Shown: in pieces, positions 1-10,200 of the stretch
Numbering within the stretch: the stretch's first letter is position 1
Layout of the letters: each line of letters starts with the position of its first letter
NCBI GenBank assembly: GCA_039028615.1
Contig: JBCCHT010000062.1
Coordinates: forward strand, 1-49,994
Length of the DNA stretch: 49,994 nt
Direction of reading: 5' to 3'
DNA from: Myxococcota bacterium
GTDB lineage: Bacteria > Myxococcota_A > Polyangia > Nannocystales > Nannocystaceae
Made by a program: the position numbers and the translations under genes
Notes under the pieces: model-generated
Databases searched by the model: none
The model's input: only the letters and a program-made list of their open reading frames with translations
Told to the model about the DNA's origin: nothing

Positions 1-354
1 CTCGCAGCGGATCGGGATCGAGGTCGGCCGCCAGCCCGACCATGAGCTCCGCCTCGAGTGATCGCCAGCCAAAGGCCGCGCGTCGCACGAGGGCCCACCC
101 GTCGATGGCGGGGGAGACGCGGCTGCGGGGAGGGCTGAAGCGAAGCCGCGTAGGATGGAGGGGGCCCGGTCGCGCGGAGGCGGCCGCCGACTAGCGTCGC
201 GAAACACTCGGCTGCAACGGGCGCCGAGCACGTCCGGGGAGGGTTCCATCCGTCAACAGGCGAGCCCTCCGTTCGAACGCTCCGCAGACGCACCTCGAAG
301 CAAGACTATCCGTGAACGAGCAGTGCCCCGATCCGCTCCGCCCCGAATCCCCGA

Positions 355-2025
355 CTAACAGGCGCGATCGTTGCGAGCACGCTCGACGGCGATCGACTCG
401 ATGGCGGCCGTCGGCTCACCGCGATAGGCAGCCAACTCCGCCGCCGCCCGGTCCCCGAACAAGATCGTCGCGAGCTCCTCGAGCTGCGGCATCTGTCGCA
501 GCGCCTGCGGAGACACGATTTGCTCGACCATCGTGCGCCGCCGCAAGAAGTCCTCGAGATGCACCACCCGCTCGTGCCGGGCCGAGTGCACCGCTTCCGT
601 ACGCAGCAGATCGGAGCCGGGAATCAGCACCTCACCCTGGCTCGGGTCGACCTCGATCGCATCGAGCATGGCCTCGGCCCGGGGCCCATAGCGTCGCCAC
701 AGGCGTTCGGCCGGCGGCTCGCTCACCGGTCGCTCGCCGACCTCGTGCAGCCCCATGGCGGTCGCTCGCGCAAAGAAGCGCTCGCGCTCGGTGGGGCCGG
801 CCTCGCCGTACCAGCGCCGATCGGCGTCTTGGAGCACGATGCCCACCTCGCCGATCGCATCGGCGACCTCTTCGCCCACGTTGACGCAGTCGGTGAGCTT
901 GCCGCCGAAGATGCACACGTGGGAGCGCCGTTCGTCGATCTCGAGCACGTGCTTGCGGCTGAGCGCGGTCCAGTCGTCGTCGCCCTGGCTCGCCTCGCCG
1001 CTGACCACCAAGGGACGCACGCCGCAGCGCTCGGCGATGACGTCGTCGTGCGACAGCGGGGGCTGTCGCTTCAGGCGCTCGTTGATGTTGTCGAGGATGA
1101 AGTCGCGGTCGTCGGTGGTGACGACCGCGGGCAGGGTGTCGACGCGGGTGTCGGTGGTGCCGATGCTCGAGCAGCGACCCATGGGGATGACGAAGAAGAG
1201 CCGGCCGTCGCTGGCGAAGAAGGTCAGCACCCGAGCGTCGTTGGCCACCCGCGGCACGATGAGGTGCACGCCCTTGGAGAACACGTGGCGGTGATCGGTG
1301 CGGATCTCGCTGCGCTCGTTGTGCTCCTCGACCATGGGGCCGCAGGCGTTGACCAGGGCGCGCGAGCGGACCTCCACGACGCGCTGGGTGACGCGGTCGC
1401 GCACCCGCGTGATCCACTGCTCGCCATCCCAGCTGGAGCCCAGCGACTCGACGTAGTTGACGGCGACGGCCCCGGCTTCCATGGCATCGCGGACGAAGCG
1501 AAAGACGAAGTAGGCGTCGTTGTCGACGAAGTAGGCGTCGGAGTACTCGAGGCCGCCCGCTGCGTTGGTGACGTCGACGGCGGGCTCGTCTCGGGCGATG
1601 TCGGCGTTGGACAAAAGCCGCGGCCGCCGGGTGAAGAAGCCCCCGATCGCCCAGTAGAGCAGGGCGCCCAGGAACAGGAACCAACGGTGGTGGCGGAAGC
1701 CTCGGGTCAGGGTGGTGAAGAACCGAACCTCACGCACGGCGGAGGGGTAGGCCCGCAGGAGCTCGTTGCGGCTGCGACACAGCTTGCGCACCAGCCCGAA
1801 CTCCCAGGTCTCGAGGTACTTGATGCCCCCCCAGGCCAGGTTGGACGAGTGCATGCTCGTGAAGCCGGCGAAGTCCCCCCGGTCGATGAGCGCCACGTCG
1901 GCGCCGCGGGACCGCAGCGCAGCGGTACTGACTGCTCCGTTGATACCTCCGCCGATCACCAGGACGTCGAAGACCTGCCGGTCGAGGGCATCGATGCTGG
2001 TGTCGCGTGGGGTGCTGGGCGCCAT
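355..2025 (-). CDS. glpD: FAD-dependent glycerol-3-phosphate dehydrogenase/oxidase
   Basis: N-terminal FAD motif DVLVIGGGING, then TSMHSSNLAWGGIKYL (cf. TSSxSSKLxHGGLRYL), VNACGP, IGTTDT, GVRPLV, GGKLT and C-terminal LEDFLRRRT. Confidence 0.9.
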   Translation of the reverse strand: MAPSTPRDTSIDALDRQVFDVLVIGGGINGAVSTAALRSRGADVALIDRGDFAGFTSMHSSNLAWGGIKYLETWEFGLVRKLCRSRNELLRAYPSAVREVRFFTTLTRGFRHHRWFLFLGALLYWAIGGFFTRRPRLLSNADIARDEPAVDVTNAAGGLEYSDAYFVDNDAYFVFRFVRDAMEAGAVAVNYVESLGSSWDGEQWITRVRDRVTQRVVEVRSRALVNACGPMVEEHNERSEIRTDHRHVFSKGVHLIVPRVANDARVLTFFASDGRLFFVIPMGRCSSIGTTDTRVDTLPAVVTTDDRDFILDNINERLKRQPPLSHDDVIAERCGVRPLVVSGEASQGDDDWTALSRKHVLEIDERRSHVCIFGGKLTDCVNVGEEVADAIGEVGIVLQDADRRWYGEAGPTERERFFARATAMGLHEVGERPVSEPPAERLWRRYGPRAEAMLDAIEVDPSQGEVLIPGSDLLRTEAVHSARHERVVHLEDFLRRRTMVEQIVSPQALRQMPQLEELATILFGDRAAAELAAYRGEPTAAIESIAVERARNDRAC

Positions 2026-2187
2026 CGGGCGCAGGATGTGTAGCGCACCTGCTCGCGCTGCGCAGGTCGTTGCACGATTGAAGCCTCGAATGTTGCGCGC
2101 ACTGCGACGGATCCGCGCACCGCGTGTACGGTTTCCGCTCGTTCGAGGTTCGCGCGGCCGTCGAACGCGCGGGTCCGCTCGATTTTG

Positions 2188-5100
2188 CTACCCAGCCCCG
2201 GACGCGGTGGTCTGCGCCGCGAGGAAGGCGTCGCTGAGCATGTGCGCCAGCAACTCCTGGCCGCTGCGCGAGCGGTTGATCCGCTGCTTGAGGCCGCCTC
2301 CGCCGACGCCGTCGAGCAAGCAGGCGCCCGCGAGCACGGGCCCGGGGCTTCCGCACAACAGCGCCGCGACGTGGAGATCGGTGGCCTGCACGGCGCGCGC
2401 GGTGGCGTCGAAGGCATGGTTGGCCAGGCCCTGACACTGGCGCTCGAGCGAGCGACGCTGGCGGGGCGGCAACGCCTTGTCGAGGTGCCCGGCCAGCTCC
2501 TTGAGGCGGCGCGGATCCGGGTCGGCGGTCATGGGGTTGAACACGCCCATGGCCTCGAAGGCGGCGGCGAGCAGCAGGTCCATGGCCATGGGAGACAGCG
2601 CGCGCGAGCGCGAGGCTCCGAGGGCGTGCCGGGCCATGGCCAGGGCCACCAGGCCCTGCAGCGCATTCTCGTCGCCCTGGTTCCACAGGCTGATGCCCAG
2701 TCGTAGGGTGGGCTCGGGGTCTTGCAGGTACACCACCGCGCCCGGCGATGCGGTGGCGCCCAAGGTGGGCGGCGGGGCTCCGACCAGGTCGGCGCAGCCC
2801 TGCGCAAACTCGATGAGCGGCCCCAGGTCGACGCCGTTGGGCACGGGCACCGCGTCGGTGTTGTTGACGATGGGGAAGTCGCGAGACAGCCGGGCGACGA
2901 CCGTGTCGAGCGACTGCAGCAGGCTGTGCAGCAGCGGCGGCTCGCCGGAGGAGTAGAGCGTGACCCGGGTGTTGGTGGCGGTGAGTACCGAGCGAAGGCC
3001 AGCCGTGGTTACCGTGGGCCCGACGTGACTCGAGGCGGTGGTGGGGGAGGGCTCCATCGCCTGCAGCAGGCTGCGGGCCATCTGGGCGAGCTCGGGCTGA
3101 GCCCGACGCGACACGGTGGCCAGCAGGCCCAGGTCGCGCAGCGAGACGGCACCGCGCCCGACGTTGGACACCAGTGCGCTGCGGATGGGCTGGAGGTAGG
3201 TCGCGACGCGCTGCGACTGGCCGGTGCGGTTGAGCTGATCGACCAGCAGCGAGATGGTCTCGCGGTTGCCGGGGTTGATGGCGGCGGCGCGCTCCACCGC
3301 TTCGAGGGCGGTGTTCTCGGCCCCGGGCACCTCGGCGAGCAGCTTGGCCTTGCGCAGGTAGATGTCGTGCAGGCGGCCGCGGTTGCGCTCGCGGGCGGCC
3401 AGGCGATCGAGCAGCCCCGCCGCTTCGCTGCGCTTGTCGGCGCGCTGGAGCAGGTCGGCCATCAGCTGCAGGGCGCGAGGATCGTCGCCGCGGGCCTGCA
3501 GCACGATGCGCGCGTGCTCGATGGCGCGAGGCAAGGTCTTGGGATCGGCGCTGAGGAAGCTGGCGATGCCCATCCGCAGGTCGATGGCCGAAGGCTCGGA
3601 GGGGTCGAACAGCTCGAGCAGCCGCTCGGTGGTCTCGGCCGCGCGGCGGTCGTCGCCCATCTTGCGGTAGGCGTTGACCAGGCCCCGCAGGGCTCGACGC
3701 CCCTCGGGTTTGGCCTTGGCCGCGGCCTCGTAGTAGCGCACCGCGACTTCTTGGGCGGCGGCGTGCTCACCGAGGAACAGCGCGAGCTCGTAGCGCAGGT
3801 CGCCGTCCTTGAGGCGGGGGAAGACCGCGGCCAGAAGCTCGATGATCGGCCCCGGGTCGGCGGCTTGCCCCGCGAGGTTGCGGGCCAGCGCGATGGCGTC
3901 GCGGTTCTGGGCGTCGCGCTGGAGAATCTCGCCGATGATCTTGAGGGCGCGGTCTCGTGAGCCCGCGTCGCCTCGAGCGGAGCGCACCGCGGCATCGCGG
4001 GCCTCGGCGACCAGCACGTGGATGGAGGTCGGCGCCCGCACGGCGGCGGCGCTGCGTCGCTTGTCGCTCGAGGTGCGGTGCAGGCCGAGGTTGGCGGGCG
4101 CCAGATCGGGCAGGGCTCCCTTGGCGGCGAGGTACGCCCGCCGGGCCTGGCCCCAGGCACCCACGCGCTCGAGCAGCTCGGCACTCTCGACGTAGAAGAT
4201 GGCGCGCTCGGCATCGGACTGCGCTCGCACGGCCCGCGCCGACACGGCGTCCTTGATGACGAAGGGGGAGTCGGGCTCGCTCAGCAGGCGCTCGAGGTGG
4301 CGCACCGCGTAGGGGTTGCCGGGGTCTTCGTGCAGCGCCTCCAAGATGGCCTTGCCCGCGAGATCGTGGTCTTCGCGAGCGCCGGTGCCGAGCAGCAGCT
4401 CCGCCGCCTCGACCAGCAGCGTGGCCTTGAGGTGGGTGTCGTCGCTATGTCGCGCCGCCCGCAGGTACAGCGCGGGCAGGGACTTGGTGTCGCCCACCAG
4501 CCGCAGCACGCTCTCGAGCTGACGTCGCACGAGCGGATCGTCGGGGGTCGCTTGGCTGGCGTCTTCGTAGGCGCGTCGGGCCGCGGTCAGCCCCTCGGTG
4601 CTCGACAGGTACAGCCGGCCTAGCTGGACCAGGTGCATCGCGATCGCGTCGTCGCCCTCGCGCTCGAGCAGCTCTTGCACCAAGCGCACGAGGTTGTCGG
4701 CGTCGTGGTGGGCGACGAGCAGGCGCCGCGAGCGTTCGAAGGCCAGGCCGTGGTCGGGCTGGGCCACCAGCGCGGCGCGATAGTGCTGAAGCGCGGCATC
4801 GTTGGCGCTGGCGAGCGCGGACTCTTCGGCCCCGTCGCGGTGGCGCTGGCGGGCGATGGCCTCGGCGAGCAAGCCCAGTCGGTAGTGGTAGTCGGCGACC
4901 AGCGGCGGCGTCTTGGGCAGGTCCTGCGCGCGCAGCAGGTCGTAGGCCTCTTGGATGCGATGCCGCGCCGTCAGCAGCTGCAGCAACAGCTCGCGGGCGG
5001 GCGCCAGGTCGGGGTTGGCCTCGTAGCCCTCGCGCAGCTTGTCGATGGCCCGGTCGACGTCGCCGATCTCGTCGAAGTACACGCGCCCCGCTTTGAAGGC

Positions 5101-7257
5101 GAGCACGGCGGGATCGGAGATCGGGTCCTTGGCGGGCGTCAGCAGCTCGACGAGCTGATCGAGTTCGCCGCTGTCTCGATAAAGACGACCGAGGGCGCGC
5201 AGGGCCGGGGTGTAGCCGGGGGTCAGGGCCAGGGCGCGCTCGTAGCAGTCGCGAGCATCCCGGCGCTTTTTGAGGTGCAGCTCGAGGACCTCGCCCAGCT
5301 CGACCAGGGCCATGGTGCGGGCGACCTCGTCCTCGACGCGGTCGACCAGCAGCTGCAGCGCATTGATGAGCACGGCGGGGCGACGGTGGGCGCGGCTGAG
5401 CTTGGCGAGCCGATACAGCGCGAGGATGTCGTCGGGATCGTCGCGGGCCACTTCCTCGAGCGACGCGATGGCCAGGTCCACGTCGCCGAGCTCGTGCTCC
5501 GCCATGGTGGCGAGGCGGCGCTGGGCCGCGACGCGCTCGGGGATGTCGTCGGTCTCGGAGATCTGTCGGCGCAGGTTGGAGACCGCTTGCGGCCAGCGGC
5601 GCATCTTCTCGTAGATGCGACCCAGGGCCCGCAGGCAGTTGGGGTTGTCGGGATCCTCGGCGACGGCGAGCTCGTAGATCTCGGCGGCCCGGGGCAGGTC
5701 GCTGCGCTCCTTTTCGTGCACCTTGCCCAGGCGCAGCAAGATGGCAGCGCGACCGGGACCCGCCGACTGGGTGCGTGCCCACTCCTCGAGGTGCAGCACC
5801 AACGAGGGCAGGTTGCGCTGCACCTCCAGCACCTCGGCCAGGGCCTCGCAGACCCAGCGATGCTCGGGCAGGTGCACCAGGCAGAAGCGGAGGTCGGCCT
5901 CGAGGCGCTCGCACAGCGCGGCGTGCTCCTCGGAGAGCGTGCGGAGCCCAGTGCCGGCGTCGGCGGGCAGGGTCGCGGGGTCGACCTGGTCCCGCAGCAT
6001 GAACAGCCGGATGCGGGCGAGCTGCTCGCGGACCAGCGCTTGCTCGCGGGGGTCGTCGAGGCACCGCGACAGTCGCTCGAGCAGGGAGATGTTCTCGGGC
6101 AGGCCCTGCGGGGCGTCGCCGCCCGCGATCCGCTGCTCGACGTGCAGGGCAATCTCGGCCAGCGGCGCGAGCACGCTGGCGTCGTCGTCGGTGCGGTCGG
6201 GGTTGACCGCCAGCTCGAGCACGAGGTCGTCGACCGGCTGCCCCGTCTCGGCGAGCGAGAGGAACGCGAGGTGCAGCGCGGTGCTGGCCGAGATCGGGTC
6301 TTCGGCGACCTGCGCCAGCTCGCGATAAAGCTGCCCCAGGTGCTCTTTGTCGCCCGAGGCGGACAGGGCCCGGCTGAGTCGGCGCAGGGCCGTCTCTTCG
6401 CGGGGCTCGGCCTGGTGGGCCTGCTCGAGCACGATGAGCCGCTCGTCGGCGTCTTCGCTGAGGTCGGCCAGGTCGAGCAGCAATGCCGCCCGCATGCGCG
6501 AGGACTCCACCCGCGGGATCAGCTCGGAGAGGATTTCTCGACCGACCGCATCGTCACCGAGGAAGGTCGCGGCATCGGCCGCCAGACCGAGCGCGATGGG
6601 ATGCTCGGGCACCAGCTCGATGGCCTTGCGGTAGGCATCGTAGGCGCGGCGCAGGTTGGAGGTTCGCTCCTCGCACAGCTGCCCGAACTCGACCCAGGCG
6701 GCGGCTCGCTCCTCGGCGTCCTTGCTCTGGTCGTTGCCTTCCTTCTCCAGCTCGGCCAGCTCGGCGGCGAGGCTGGACAGCCCGCCCTCGACTTGGGCCT
6801 GGAGGACCTCGGCGATGGGGGAGCCGCTGCGGCGCAGCAGCAGCTCGCCGTCTTCTTTGCGCCCGAGCCGATCGATGAGGATGCGGCCCGCTTCGCATTG
6901 CAGGGCGCCGCGCAGGGACTCGTCGGTGGCGAGGCGGCTCTCCTCGGCCAGCTCGCGGACCAACGCCTGCCACGATTCCGCGCCGCTGGTGGGCCCCGCC
7001 GTCGACAGCATCGTCGAGTGCAGGCCGGAGTGAGCCGGCCACAGCGTGGCCTGGTCATCGACGAGGCGAGGGGGGGCACCCTCGGGCTCGCTGGTGACCG
7101 CACCGGTCATGTCGAAGGGGTCCTCGGACTCCACCAGCTCGGTGAGATCGATGAGGTCGCTGTCGCTGGCCACGGGCACCACGTCCTCGGGATCCAGGTC
7201 CTGGATCTCGTCCTCGACGAGCTCGATCTCGAGTTCTTGATCGTCTGGACCGCTCAT
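2188..7257 (-). CDS. Giant TPR-repeat protein (1689 aa) with acidic N-terminus and C-terminal degenerate M48-peptidase-like domain
   Basis: Many helical TPR-like units (e.g. RAAEIYELAVAEDPDNPNCLRALGRIYE). Start overlaps the upstream stop as ATGA at 7254-7257. Confidence 0.8.
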   Translation of the reverse strand: MSGPDDQELEIELVEDEIQDLDPEDVVPVASDSDLIDLTELVESEDPFDMTGAVTSEPEGAPPRLVDDQATLWPAHSGLHSTMLSTAGPTSGAESWQALVRELAEESRLATDESLRGALQCEAGRILIDRLGRKEDGELLLRRSGSPIAEVLQAQVEGGLSSLAAELAELEKEGNDQSKDAEERAAAWVEFGQLCEERTSNLRRAYDAYRKAIELVPEHPIALGLAADAATFLGDDAVGREILSELIPRVESSRMRAALLLDLADLSEDADERLIVLEQAHQAEPREETALRRLSRALSASGDKEHLGQLYRELAQVAEDPISASTALHLAFLSLAETGQPVDDLVLELAVNPDRTDDDASVLAPLAEIALHVEQRIAGGDAPQGLPENISLLERLSRCLDDPREQALVREQLARIRLFMLRDQVDPATLPADAGTGLRTLSEEHAALCERLEADLRFCLVHLPEHRWVCEALAEVLEVQRNLPSLVLHLEEWARTQSAGPGRAAILLRLGKVHEKERSDLPRAAEIYELAVAEDPDNPNCLRALGRIYEKMRRWPQAVSNLRRQISETDDIPERVAAQRRLATMAEHELGDVDLAIASLEEVARDDPDDILALYRLAKLSRAHRRPAVLINALQLLVDRVEDEVARTMALVELGEVLELHLKKRRDARDCYERALALTPGYTPALRALGRLYRDSGELDQLVELLTPAKDPISDPAVLAFKAGRVYFDEIGDVDRAIDKLREGYEANPDLAPARELLLQLLTARHRIQEAYDLLRAQDLPKTPPLVADYHYRLGLLAEAIARQRHRDGAEESALASANDAALQHYRAALVAQPDHGLAFERSRRLLVAHHDADNLVRLVQELLEREGDDAIAMHLVQLGRLYLSSTEGLTAARRAYEDASQATPDDPLVRRQLESVLRLVGDTKSLPALYLRAARHSDDTHLKATLLVEAAELLLGTGAREDHDLAGKAILEALHEDPGNPYAVRHLERLLSEPDSPFVIKDAVSARAVRAQSDAERAIFYVESAELLERVGAWGQARRAYLAAKGALPDLAPANLGLHRTSSDKRRSAAAVRAPTSIHVLVAEARDAAVRSARGDAGSRDRALKIIGEILQRDAQNRDAIALARNLAGQAADPGPIIELLAAVFPRLKDGDLRYELALFLGEHAAAQEVAVRYYEAAAKAKPEGRRALRGLVNAYRKMGDDRRAAETTERLLELFDPSEPSAIDLRMGIASFLSADPKTLPRAIEHARIVLQARGDDPRALQLMADLLQRADKRSEAAGLLDRLAARERNRGRLHDIYLRKAKLLAEVPGAENTALEAVERAAAINPGNRETISLLVDQLNRTGQSQRVATYLQPIRSALVSNVGRGAVSLRDLGLLATVSRRAQPELAQMARSLLQAMEPSPTTASSHVGPTVTTAGLRSVLTATNTRVTLYSSGEPPLLHSLLQSLDTVVARLSRDFPIVNNTDAVPVPNGVDLGPLIEFAQGCADLVGAPPPTLGATASPGAVVYLQDPEPTLRLGISLWNQGDENALQGLVALAMARHALGASRSRALSPMAMDLLLAAAFEAMGVFNPMTADPDPRRLKELAGHLDKALPPRQRRSLERQCQGLANHAFDATARAVQATDLHVAALLCGSPGPVLAGACLLDGVGGGGLKQRINRSRSGQELLAHMLSDAFLAAQTTASGAG

Positions 7258-10200
7258 GCGGAGCCCTCGTGGTCACGCCGGATCGGCGCGGCGATCTCGG
7301 TGAGGTAGCCCAGGCCCCGGCGGAGCGTGAGGTGGTCGTCGGAGAGCAAGTAGCCCACGACACTGCTGCCGCGGTCGTCACCCAGGTGCCCGGCGTCGGC
7401 CAGGGCCTTGAGCCCCGGCCGCGGGTCGGCGGCACAGACCGCGCCCGCCCGGTCCTCGGCGATGTGGAGGGCTTGCAGCAGCTGCTGCGGGTCGAAGGTC
7501 TGGGCGACCTCGGCGAAGCCCACGGCGAGCTCGACCAAGTCTCCCAGGGCGCCGTCGGCCGTCGTCTCTTGGAGCTGCGCGAGATACTCGACGTCGTGGT
7601 CGGGCATGTCGGAGCTGAGGTCCACACCCGCGCCCGCACACAGGGCGAGCAGGACCGAGGTGAGCTGCTCGGGGGTCAGGCGCTGGTGAATCGCGTCGCC
7701 GCCCGTGCTGAGGCGGAACAGGGCCCGGCCGATGGCGTCGCGGGCGGGCGCGCCGAAGGGCGTGTTGTTGACCCGGCGTCCGACCACGAGGCAGGGCGAG
7801 CCGGTGAGGTAGGCGTGCACTTCGTCGGTGCCGCTGGGATCGACGAACACGCGGGGCACGGGCACGCCCATCGCCTCGGCCAGCGCTCGGGTCACCATGA
7901 CCACCGCGCTGCTGACCGGTAGCGGGCGCTGGGTCTTTTCGTTGGGCGGGGTGGGGGCGCCCGGAATCTGGCCGAGATAGAACACGCCGTCGCGCAGCAG
8001 GTCGAGCGCGTGGCCGGCGGGGAGGTCCCCGACGAGGCCATCGAAGGGGCGGCCTTCTTGGGTCTCGGGCAGAGGCCAGGGCTCGGTGACCAGCTCGTCG
8101 CAGTGCAGGCCTTCGGGGACGAGCGAGGCGTCGACGGTCTCGAGCACGGCCGACGCGAGGTACATGCCGTCGCCGTCGCCCATGGTCTCGAATAGCCGCA
8201 AAAGGCCGATGACGGCCGCGCCCGTCAGATCGGTGCCGTCGCCCTTGGTGCTGCGCAGGCCAGACGAACGCAGCCACGCGCGATGGTGCGCGACCCCGGC
8301 CAGCAGCACGGCGGTGGCTTCGTCGCTGCGCTCGAGGCTGGTGAGCAGCTTCCACAGCTCGGTGATGACGATGAGGTCGGTGGGGCGCAGCAGCAGCAGC
8401 TCGCGCATGCGCTCGACCGCGATGTCCGGTTGATCGAGCGGGCCGCGGTGCAGCTCGGCCAGCGCTCGCAGGCCGGAGACGCGCTCGGGGCCGTCGCCGA
8501 TCTCGACCAGCAGCTGCAGGGCCTCGACGCGGTGGTCGAGGTCGCCGACCTTGGCTGCGATGCGATCGGCGGAGGTCAGCGCGTGCTTGGGGTGATAGCC
8601 ACCCTGGCCGGCCGCGAGCAAGTGGGGCACGGCCGCGCCCGCGTTGCCGGAGCGCTGATGGGCATCACCCGCGAAGAAGTGCAGGGCGGCCTTGCGCTCG
8701 GGCGACAGCTCGCGGGACAGGGCGGCCTCGAGCTCCACCACGACCTCGGGCCAGCGTTCGAGCTTGGCGTAGGCCTGGGCCAGGTCGACCCGCACGCCCG
8801 CGTCATCGTCGGCCAGGTCGATGCCCGCGCGCAGCAGCGTGACTGCTTGTCGGGGCCCTTCGAGCTCGGCCGCGAGCCGGGCGAGATCGCGGAGGCTGGA
8901 GGGGCCGAGGATGTCGCGCTCGCGCATGCTGTCGAGGCGGGCGGTGAGGACCGTGTCGAGCGAGGGCGCGCCTTCGGAGCCGTGCAAGGCCAGCGTGCGA
9001 CGCAATCCCCGGAAGGCGCGGTCGCTGGCCGGGTCGGCGGTCAGGGCCGCGGCGAACATCTTCCACGCGTGCGGGTTGGGCTCGCCTCGCGTGCCTCGAC
9101 CCAGCGCCAGGGTGCCCGCGCGGCACAGGGCGACCGCGCGGTAGCGGGGGCTCGCCAGGCGCTCGGACAACTCGACCAACGTGTCGAGGGCGTCGGCCCC
9201 GGGGATGTGATCGCCGCGGCGCTCGAGCAAGCGGGCCCGGGCGTGCAGGGCGGGCAGGTAGCCCGGGCACGCCTCGATGGCGGCGTCGATCGACTCGACC
9301 GCTTGGCCGAGGTCCTGGCGGCGCTCGTGCAGATCGGCGGCGATGGTGAGGTACGCGGCCTTCTCGGCGGGCGCCTCGGTCTCGGCCGCGGCCTTCTCGA
9401 GCTCGCTGGCGCTGCGGGTGAGTCCGGCCTCGCGCTTGCGGGCCTTGATCCGCAGGCGACCGCGTCGGGCGAGCAGGTGACCCGGCTCGACGTCGAGGAT
9501 GGAGGCGTAGGCGGAGTCGGCCTCGTCGAGGTTGCCCGCCGCTTCTTCGGCCCGGCCCGCGCGATAGCGCAGCGCGAGCAAGTGCGGGTCGCCCGTCTTG
9601 GCCTGCTCGGTGAAGACCTCGCAGGCCATGCGTAGAGCTCCGGCTTCTCGTGAGGGCCGACCCGCGGCCCGACACGAGCGCGACAGTCGAAGCTGGGTGA
9701 CGTAGTCCTCGGGCCGCGCCTCGGCGACGGCACCCAGGTACTGGATCGCCACGACCGGCTTGGGCGACAGCTCCGCGAGCTGCAGCGCCATGGCTCGACG
9801 GTCGTCGGCGCCCCGCTCGGAGGTCAGGCCGGCCTCGGCGAAGGCCTGGAGCTCGCGGCTGCGGCCGAGCCGTTCGTACAGGCGCAGCAGCTCCGCCCGC
9901 GCGACCCCCAGCTGCGGCCACAGCTCGAGTGCTCGCACAAGATCGCGGATCGCCCCGTCGTCGTCGCCGACCACCGTGCGGATGGAGGCGGCGCGATGCA
10001 GCAGCAGGGCCCGGGTGCGCGGACCGGTGACCGAGGCGATGTGCTGCTCGAGCAAGGCGAGCAGGGTGTCGTGCTCGCCCAGGGCGGTGGCCAGGCTCTC
10101 GGCCGCATGCAGGGCGGGCAGGTGCCGGGGCCAACGCTCGAGCAGGCGCTGAAGCTCGGCCAGCGCCTCCTCGTTGCGACCGAGTCGGCTGGCGAGCAGC

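Noticed and set aside
1..190. Possible 5' end of a minus-strand gene (...AIDGWALVRRAAFGWRSLEAELMVGLAADLDPDPLR) running off the window
   Set aside because: Too short, start ambiguous (GTG 88 or ATG 43), no recognisable motif.
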